64,000 bases of DNA from Gammaproteobacteria bacterium (lineage in GTDB: Bacteria; Pseudomonadota; Gammaproteobacteria; Eutrophobiales; Eutrophobiaceae), in contig CBDEUC010000003.1 of NCBI GenBank assembly GCA_965243105.1, positions 972,793-1,036,792 of the forward strand. The letters run 5' to 3'. Under the pieces are notes generated by a model that was not told the DNA's origin, did not search any database, and was given only the letters and a program-made list of their open reading frames with translations. Position 1 is the first letter of the stretch, and the number at the start of each line of letters is the position of its first letter. The position numbers and the translations under genes are program-made. Below, in pieces: positions 10,391 through 19,400 of the stretch.

Positions 10391-11257
10391 TCAGGCCGGT
10401 TTCTCTCCAAGCGAGGTTGCCTTACGAGTATTGCCGTGGGCACTGTGTGGAGTACGCAGCACGCCATCGACAGATTTTTCCAGTTCGCGGATTTCATCCG
10501 CCAGCTTCACCGCGGCTCTCAGGGTTTCATGCCCGGCAGCAACGAGAGGTACGTATCGCTCCGCTTCCTTGACCATGAAGCAGCCCTTCGTGGTTAACTT
10601 TGCCACTGACTCTACAATACCCAGCGCGGCGATTGCCTTGGCGACCGAATAAGGGTTTGCAAACTGTGTCGCGGCAACCACGTCTTCTGCCTCTGCCACC
10701 AGCCGCGGCATCTCCAGTGTTTCCCCGAGCTTGATCTCGGACACCACCTTGTCCAGCGCGACCTGTAAAAAACGCGTGACGCCGGTGACCGCGTGCACCT
10801 TGATCACGTCGGCATTAAAGAGACTCATCTCGCTTGGGTCGAGGAACTCGCGCCGTGCACCGATCATGGGATCGCAGGGTAAAACGATAAAGCCCTGGTT
10901 ATCAGCAACCTTGAAAATCTTGTTGCCATCATCGTCCTTGCCTATGAAGGCTTTTTTCGAAGGGCCGTCGGAAAGCGTGATCGAGGCAAGACCTTTTTCA
11001 GAAAAAGTATCGCGCGCCTGGGTCGGACCCGGTAATGCCGCATTGGGGCTGCTGATAATAACAATGTCGGGTTCATATCCAATGATATCTTCCACGATCG
11101 CTGAGCAGGATTCCGGGTCCAGCTTGGCACCACTCGTATAACCACGTACTTCAAGGTCGTCGCGGTCTGCTCGCTCATCAAGAATAAGATCAAGCAGGGG
11201 TGCGGCCCCGATACAACCAAACTTTGCAACTGCAATCTTTACAATACCTTCGGACAT
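10391..11257 (-). CDS. mtd: F420-dependent methylenetetrahydromethanopterin dehydrogenase (archaeal-type Mtd)
   Basis: Full-length match to methanogen Mtd signature blocks: LDERADR, GAK.DPE, SPN.A.PGP..AR, DPMIGARREFLDP.EM..FNAD..KV, F.NPY..AKA, GCF, YVP.VAA.HE..R.A..LADE.RELEK..D.VLRTPH. RBS GGAGA upstream. Confidence 0.9.
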   Translation of the reverse strand: MSEGIVKIAVAKFGCIGAAPLLDLILDERADRDDLEVRGYTSGAKLDPESCSAIVEDIIGYEPDIVIISSPNAALPGPTQARDTFSEKGLASITLSDGPSKKAFIGKDDDGNKIFKVADNQGFIVLPCDPMIGARREFLDPSEMSLFNADVIKVHAVTGVTRFLQVALDKVVSEIKLGETLEMPRLVAEAEDVVAATQFANPYSVAKAIAALGIVESVAKLTTKGCFMVKEAERYVPLVAAGHETLRAAVKLADEIRELEKSVDGVLRTPHSAHGNTRKATSLGEKPA

Positions 11258-11281
11258 ACCTATCTCCGTTTTTAAATCAGT

Positions 11282-11695
11282 TTATCTTTCAGGGTGGATG
11301 ATATACGTGCTAATAAGGCCGTTCTCCAGTTCCACCCAACCAAAAAACGGCAATGCTTCACCTTCTTTTCCTACTACGTTTGCACGAAAGGCTCCAGACT
11401 TGCCGTCACAAACGACTGCATGCACCTTGTGCTTGAAACCGATTGCCTGCATTTCGCCAATACGTGCTGCAAGAAAATCCTCGATAGCCTGGCGTCCCTT
11501 CAAGGTATCTACGTTCCTCCTGCTATGACCATCATGTTCCCATACCTGCGTGTGTATCCATTCGGCGTCTTCATTAAAGGCCCGGGCGGCACTGCTGGCA
11601 TCAGCACTGTCGATATTATCGAAATAGGTATGCTGCAAAAGCCTGAGCAGGCCATCGCTATCAAGCAAAGACGCGCTCACGCTATCAGCTTCCAA
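11282..11695 (-). CDS. SnoaL/NTF2-like protein
   Basis: 137 aa with the pattern YFDNID..D.......F.EDA.W....GR.AI..F typical of NTF2 folds. Overlaps the LLM stop; exact start uncertain. Confidence 0.7.
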   Translation of the reverse strand: MEADSVSASLLDSDGLLRLLQHTYFDNIDSADASSAARAFNEDAEWIHTQVWEHDGHSRRNVDTLKGRQAIEDFLAARIGEMQAIGFKHKVHAVVCDGKSGAFRANVVGKEGEALPFFGWVELENGLISTYIIHPER

Positions 11696-12722
11696 GAACT
11701 TCCATCAGTACGGGCAGGGCCTCGGGTTGTGTCACCGAGCAGATCATCGTCTTTATATAATCGCCCTGTGCCAGCCATTTTTCCGCACGGGCTTGTATGT
11801 CCTTTTTGGTTCCAACCAGCGCAATCTCGTCCACCAGTTCATCTGGAATAAGCATCGTGGCCTCTTCCTTGTTACCGGCAAGGTAAAGATCCTGGATTTC
11901 CCCGGCGACGTCTGCATAACCCATCTTTGAGGCAAAATCCTTGTAGAAATTCTTTTTCTTTGAACCCATGCCACCGATATAGAGTGCCAGGAACTGCTTG
12001 ATTGGAAGACGGCACGCGTCAATGTCATCACCCATCTGCACGGTCACAAAAGGCGCAATATCAAAATCAGCAAAGGATTTTCCATTGCCTGCGATTGCAA
12101 ATCCTTTCTCCACATCTTTTGTGATGAGATCAATCTTGTCAGGACTCATGAACACCGGGAAAACACCGTCTGCCACTTCCCCGGAAAGACGCATGCCCGC
12201 AGGAGTAAATGAAGCGGTGTATATCGGCGTATTTTCTTCTGCGCTGAGGATGGACTTGAGGGGTTTACCCATGCCAATGGAGCCCGGGCCCTTGTAGGGA
12301 AGCTGGTATATCTCACCGTCATAGCTCACCGGCCCCTGGCGCGCAAAAATTTCCCTGACAATTTCTATGCACTCTCGCATGCGCTGCAACGGCTGGTCAT
12401 AACCAACACCGTGCCAGCCTTCGACGACCTGTGGACCCGATGCGCCAAGCCCGAGAATAAATCGACCACCGGACAGTTGTGACATGCTCATTGCAGTCAT
12501 GGCAGTGTTGGCAGGTGTTCTTGCCGGTGTTTGCATAATGGCAGTACCGACCTTTAACTTGCTTGTTTGTGCAAGGATCCAGGATGCCACGGTGACCGCG
12601 TCAGACCCGTAGGCCTCAGCAATCCACACCGAGTCCACACCCATGGCTTCCGCCTGGAGAATAAGATCCATTGGCGGGGCCAGGGTCTTTCCCGAGTATC
12701 CAAGAAGTAGTCCTAGTTTCAT
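11685..12722 (-). CDS. LLM-class (Mer-like TIM barrel) oxidoreductase, probably F420-dependent (Rv3520c-like)
   Basis: AEAYGSDA, GTAIMQ.PARTPA..AM, SGGRFILGLGASGPQVVEGWHG, LGKPLK-like (MGKPLK) and ALYIGGMG motifs. Confidence 0.85.
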   Translation of the reverse strand: MKLGLLLGYSGKTLAPPMDLILQAEAMGVDSVWIAEAYGSDAVTVASWILAQTSKLKVGTAIMQTPARTPANTAMTAMSMSQLSGGRFILGLGASGPQVVEGWHGVGYDQPLQRMRECIEIVREIFARQGPVSYDGEIYQLPYKGPGSIGMGKPLKSILSAEENTPIYTASFTPAGMRLSGEVADGVFPVFMSPDKIDLITKDVEKGFAIAGNGKSFADFDIAPFVTVQMGDDIDACRLPIKQFLALYIGGMGSKKKNFYKDFASKMGYADVAGEIQDLYLAGNKEEATMLIPDELVDEIALVGTKKDIQARAEKWLAQGDYIKTMICSVTQPEALPVLMEVLGS

Positions 12723-12725
12723 TTA

Positions 12726-13985
<1,260 letters not shown>

Positions 13986-14046
13986 GTCCTGGGATCAATG
14001 ACATATTCTGAATCCAGCGCTTCTTTTCTTAAACAAACAGCTTTGC

Positions 14047-15066
14047 TTATCCAATGAACATCGCATCGCCATAACTAAAAAACCGGTACTTTTCATCGAC
14101 AGCATGCCGATAAGCATTCAGCACATTCTCCCTGCCCGCAAAGGCACTGACAAGCATCAGCAGCGTTGATTCCGGCAGGTGAAAGTTCGTCAACAGCGCG
14201 TCCACCACCTGGAACTCGTAGCCGGGATAAATAAAGATATCCGTATCACCCTGGAAGGGCTGCACTTCGCCCTCGATACAGGCGGACTCCAGGCAACGCA
14301 CTGCTGTCGTGCCCACGGCGATCACGCGACCACCCTTTGCCCGTGCCGTGCGCACCTTTTCGCACAGGGCCTCGTTTACCTCGTACCACTCGCTGTGCAT
14401 CCTGTGCTCTTCGATTTCCTCGCAGCGAACCGGTTGAAAGGTTCCCGCGGCCACGTGCAGGGTCACAAAACCGCTTTGCACCCCCTTGCTGTCAAGTGTC
14501 TCGATTAATTCATTGGTGAAGTGCAGGCCCGCGGTGGGCGCGGCTACTGCGCCCGGGTGCCGGGCGTAAACTGTCTGGTAACGTTCCCTGTCTTCAGCAT
14601 CGTCTTCCCTGGTAATGTAGGGCGGCAGCGGTACATGGCCAAGCTGCTCGAGTTTCTCCACCAGCTCGCCTTCATCAACAAGCTCCAGTTCAAAGAATTC
14701 ATCTCGCCTGCCCCGTACCAGCAGCTGTGAACCATCCTCGAGCACAAGTCGGGAACCCGCCCTCGGGGTTTTACTGGCTTTCACCTGGCACAACATGGAT
14801 CGCTCATCCAGTAGTCGTTCCAGCAGGATTTCAACCTTGCCACCTGACTCCTTCCTGCCGAATAATCGCGCCGGTACCACGCGCGTATTGTTAAAGACAA
14901 GCAGGTCATTGGGGAAGAGCATCGACTCGATGTCCAGGAACATGCAGTCGCGGTAATTGCTGCTATTCCGGTCAAGACAAAGCAGTCGACTATCCCCACG
15001 CTTTTGCGGCGGGTGCTGAGCAATAAGGTTTTCCGGGAGGTGGTATTGGAAATCGTTTAGCCTCAT
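14047..15066 (-). CDS. queA: S-adenosylmethionine:tRNA ribosyltransferase-isomerase
   Basis: LIAQ.P, NNTRV.PARL, G.VPLPPYI.R, RYQTVYA, AAPTAGLHF, VGTT.VR.LE, TNFHLP.STL, YRFFSYGDAM. Confidence 0.97.
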   Translation of the reverse strand: MRLNDFQYHLPENLIAQHPPQKRGDSRLLCLDRNSSNYRDCMFLDIESMLFPNDLLVFNNTRVVPARLFGRKESGGKVEILLERLLDERSMLCQVKASKTPRAGSRLVLEDGSQLLVRGRRDEFFELELVDEGELVEKLEQLGHVPLPPYITREDDAEDRERYQTVYARHPGAVAAPTAGLHFTNELIETLDSKGVQSGFVTLHVAAGTFQPVRCEEIEEHRMHSEWYEVNEALCEKVRTARAKGGRVIAVGTTAVRCLESACIEGEVQPFQGDTDIFIYPGYEFQVVDALLTNFHLPESTLLMLVSAFAGRENVLNAYRHAVDEKYRFFSYGDAMFIG

Positions 15067-15186
15067 GCGCCGCGATGGTAGCAAATTAGCTGATACTCAA
15101 CATGGAGAGTTTTGATATTTGCCGGGCCGGGTTGGCTTACCCAGGCGCGGGCCTTACGCAGCTAATGAATGTCCATGTATTGGACA

Positions 15187-16296
15187 CTAGCTATGCCATA
15201 TTTGTGCTTCTGCAATAATCCTTACCAGCTGCGCCTGGTTACGGGTCCCCGTCTTGTCGAAAATCCTGTGTAACTGGGTACGTACTGTCGAGACCTTGAC
15301 TCCCTTGTGTTCGGCGATTTGTGCCGGTGTAAATCCTGAATAGATGTAACCGGCAATAGCCGCTTCTGCGACAGTCAGCCCAAGTAGATCCTGGAGAAAC
15401 AGGGTATCGACCTGTCGGTCCTGCAGTGTTTGGTGAACGAATATTCCAACCAGGTCCCCGTCAGTTTTAAATGCATGTTGGTTGCTATCTATTGGAAATA
15501 TCATCAGGCGATAGGTATCAGGGCCGCTTGAACCTGCAACGTTCATAATGAAAGACCCCAGGTGTCGTATTTTTTTAAACACCGCTTGCATCTCTTCACT
15601 CGTGGTCCGTCTTGTACACGAAAGCAGGCCCTGGGAAATCACCAGCCCGTCCGCCTTCTTGAGAATTGTTTCAGCAAGTAAATTTTGAAACACCGGCCTC
15701 CCATCAGTTGAGCAAACAATGGCTGCAGTGTTGGTCATTGCTAACAGGCGTTCCAGTAAGCTATTTTGTCTCTCTCCGCGGCACAGCTTTTCATGGATAT
15801 CAAAGGCGCGTTTCAGGTGTGCAACCAGTTCAGACATTGAGTGTTTGTCTGCCTGGCTAAAACGCTGGCTGGTAAATGGTCGGGAAATGGCAACTGCCTT
15901 GGTTGAAGCCGGCGTGCCTGCAATCGAACCGCTTAATTGCTGCCCACAATCCGCCGGTTTCAGAATATCATTATAGAAATCAGTTTTTTTCAACTGCGTG
16001 TCGCTGATGTGCTCCTCGCCAATGATGACGGACTGCTTTGGCCAGTTGCGACGCGCTATCTGGTACCAGATATCACCATCAAGAAAATACTCTTCCATGT
16101 ATCGCTTCTGAATTTCTTCGGGGTTTCGTACGTGGACGTGAATATCGCTTTTGGGAAAGAAATGATTGTGGCACATCAGTACACAAACACTGGCGTCGTA
16201 GTAGTCAGCGATATTGTTCAGCACAGCGTCCCACTGCGAACTATCCATGGACGCATCGTAAATTTTTTCTATCAACTCGCTAGATAACAGGGTCAT
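15187..16296 (-). CDS. LuxR-type HTH transcriptional regulator with GAF/PAS-like sensor region
   Basis: N-terminal LIEKIYDA..D...W, central HLKRA..I, C-terminal LT.AEA.IA....G....IA...GV..STVRTQL..IF.KTG...QA.LV. Confidence 0.85.
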   Translation of the reverse strand: MTLLSSELIEKIYDASMDSSQWDAVLNNIADYYDASVCVLMCHNHFFPKSDIHVHVRNPEEIQKRYMEEYFLDGDIWYQIARRNWPKQSVIIGEEHISDTQLKKTDFYNDILKPADCGQQLSGSIAGTPASTKAVAISRPFTSQRFSQADKHSMSELVAHLKRAFDIHEKLCRGERQNSLLERLLAMTNTAAIVCSTDGRPVFQNLLAETILKKADGLVISQGLLSCTRRTTSEEMQAVFKKIRHLGSFIMNVAGSSGPDTYRLMIFPIDSNQHAFKTDGDLVGIFVHQTLQDRQVDTLFLQDLLGLTVAEAAIAGYIYSGFTPAQIAEHKGVKVSTVRTQLHRIFDKTGTRNQAQLVRIIAEAQIWHS

Positions 16297-16337
16297 TTTC
16301 GAAGCCTGTGAAAGTCCTCAAAAGTGGACCATGGCAA

Positions 16338-16357
16338 CGTACATCATTTGATGTACG
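16338..16357. promoter_or_regulatory. Perfect palindrome, candidate operator of the divergent LuxR-type regulator
   Basis: CGTACATCA-TT-TGATGTACG in the 150-bp divergent intergenic region. Confidence 0.6.
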
Positions 16358-16446
16358 ACTTGAGTGTAAAGGCTGTGATAAGCTTCACAGAAACAAGAAC
16401 AAGCCACTGATTTCGGTAATAATTATTCTCAACAATAAAGAACGTA

Positions 16447-19400
16447 TTGGCGATTAAGTTCAAGATGTTAAATTCGATATTTCAAGTCATTTCCAGAACC
16501 AGCCTCGTGTTGATGCTGTGCCTGCTTCCCTACCCTGGACAAGATCTTCAGGCTGATGAAGATGATTTGATTGAAAAGGCCGAAGAAACTGCGGAAAAAA
16601 TCAAGGACCTGATTGAAAAGTACCAGAAAGCAGAAGTTAATATCGTCAAGCAGGAAGTCGTCACAATCAAGGACACCAGTGGCAATCCCAGGGATTGTGA
16701 TATGGCGGTTTTTTACGGTAATGGTCAACAGGCGCGCCTGACCACCAAGGATGGAAAATTTGACGGCAACTTTGATCACAAGCACAACAAGAATGTACCC
16801 AACAAGGCATTAAGTGTTCGCCTGTCCAACTGTGAATGCCGCGCGATAAAAACCAAACACCAGGTCACCTGGCTTGGCATCGACACGGAACTGGAAAAGC
16901 TCAAGGAAGTTCTCAAGGAAGAAATTGAAGAAGCTGGCAAGGAAAAGGCCAAGGAATATGCGGAGAAAGTCATTCAGAAACTTGCCGAGAAAGTCGGTTC
17001 CGGTGTGGCCGCCGGTGCCAGCAGTTTTCTTTCCGGTTTCAAGGCCGGCGCGGACATGGGTGCTCCGGTTGGTGAGTTTATCACCGACAACATCAACAAG
17101 ATCCTTGATTCCACGGTTAACAAGAATATCGAAGCCGCCGAGCTGAATGGTAATGCACCGCTTTATCCCAGTGTCGGCCATGCGGAGTTACGCGGTCGCT
17201 GGGGTAATACCTTTGGTGCCAACCCACAACTACGAAACACATGGAATATCACGGTACGCTGTGGCAGCAGGGTGATTCCACCGTCAGCGGCGAGCTGGAG
17301 CAACGTCGATGACCTGGTGAAAAGAGAATACCGCGAGAGCCCTGCGGGAAGGCAGGAGGCAGCCGATGCGGCAGCGGCTCGCGCCGAGCAGCAGGCACAG
17401 GCACAACGACAAAGGGAAGCTGAAGCAGCTGAACGTCGTGCCGAAGCCGAACGCCAGGCTGAAGAACGAAAGCGGGAAGCAGAACGTAAACGACGCGAAG
17501 CTGAACGCAAGCGCCTGTACGAAGAACGCCAGCGTAAACTCAAGGCAAAGGCCGCCGAAATAGCAAAGACCTGCACCATCTGCGACCCGATCAGGAATGA
17601 CATCAAGGCGGTACAGGGTCAAATTGAAAAGACCACTGGTGAAATCCCCGATCTTGAACAGGCGGTCACTGACGCTGAGAAAAAAGCCGACCAGGCACGC
17701 AACAAGGTGAAGCAGGCCTCGCAGAAGCTCACCAACTTCCGTAATCCCAGCAGCTCAGCCACGGATGTTGAAAGTGGTCGCACCGTTGACAGTAGCGACC
17801 TTGAAGTAAGAAGACAGGCATCCATTGAAGCGATGGATCGTTACCGTGATGGTAAGCAAAGTGCCCAGGAAACGTCTGAGCAATGGGAAGAGTTAAACGA
17901 TCCGGGAGTTATCAAGGACCTGAAAGAAAAAGCGGATAAAAGACTCGAGGCGGAACTGCAGGCCGCCCAGGAAAAAAGCAGACAGGCCGATGAAGCTGTT
18001 GCTGCAGCAAAGCGTAAATTGAACGCAGCGAACAGGAAACTCAAGGAACTTGAAAGAGAGTTAAAAGAGCTACAGGCAAAGCTTGAAGAATGTATCAAGA
18101 AGTGCAAGCAGTATTCTCTTGATATTGCAAAAGGCCGGTACACCGAGGTTGGTGACCTGATGGACTACAGTCCGAGCTTCTACGCCCAGGGAAATACCGA
18201 AGACACGCAAAAAGAAACCATACCGCAGGGTGCAAAGACAGATCCAGGTACAGCAACACCACCGGCGCCTGCCGCCAATCCAGTGGGTAACCAGGATAAA
18301 CCTGTACAGGTTGGGCTGACCTGTGTCGGTTTCGGCTGCTCAGGCCCTGTATCCGGTTTTTGCCTGGGCGAATCCTGCAACCAGGATGTGAATCTCAACT
18401 GCAGCGGCAGCGGCTGTACCGAGCTTGTGAACATCGTGTGTCTCGACGGTGGTTGCCCGACAGTGCTTGACTACAACTGTAACGGAAATTCCTGCTCGAG
18501 CACGCTGGATTACTTCTGTGGTCCCGCAGGCTGCCAGTCGAACCCGGCCCAGGGAGGAGGATTCCTCGCTGGCCTTGGTGACAGCAATCCTTACGAGTTT
18601 CCTATTAAATGTTCTGGCGCAGGTTGCGGCTACGAATACATTGGTGGTACCTGCTACGGCAGTGCTTGCCCGGAGACCGGTGAACTAAGCTGCCCGGGTA
18701 CCGGTTGCACAGAATCCATTGAACTTAACTGCAGCGGCAATCTTTGCGATGACCAGTTCAACTATGATTGCTATGGCGAGAGCTGTTCAAACTTCCTGCA
18801 GGTCAACTGTAGCGGTAGCAGCTGTGACCAGCTGGATGCTTTTCATCCTTCATCACAACCTTACCTGACCGGTGCCGCACCAGGTGGCCAGGCCATCCTC
18901 AGCAGTGGTGCAGGCGTAGCACCAACAACGAATGCTAGCGACATTAAACCAGTTGTTACACCACGCGGCAGTAGCGACGTAATACCTTCATCCAATTCTG
19001 ACATAAGCGTACTGCAATCGGCCGCTGAGAAAATCTCCCGCAATGCTGGCGCCTGCCTGGACGCCGACTGCCCGAAGATCGATTGCGCCACGGCCGCCAC
19101 TTTACTGCAGGGACTTATTGTCTCTGAAGCCAACCTGGATGAAATGTACAAGTGGTTGATACAGGCAAGTGACGACGCCATGGCTCACCTGCTGAGTTTG
19201 AATGAGAATGACATTATCACCTCGGAACAATTGGCCCAGGCCCAGGACGCCCAGGCCTTGCACAAGTACCTTCATGATATCGGTAGCCTGCTACTTGACC
19301 TTGCCTCGCTCAAGGAAGCCGTGGACAAGGTTAAAAGTGGCGAATTCGCCTCTGGTAGCTCGGCACAGCAACTGGATGATGTGTACGAAACATTGAAGGA

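Noticed and set aside
17340-17560. GAAGC/GAACG-rich quasi-repeats resembling TolA or IF2 linkers
   Set aside because: Simply encodes an E/R/A/K-rich charged helix of the giant protein; low complexity is no evidence of homology.
18322-18825. Multiheme cytochrome or ferredoxin interpretation of the Cys-rich region
   Set aside because: No CxxCH or CxxCxxC motifs; the spacing is C-x4-C in a secreted protein.
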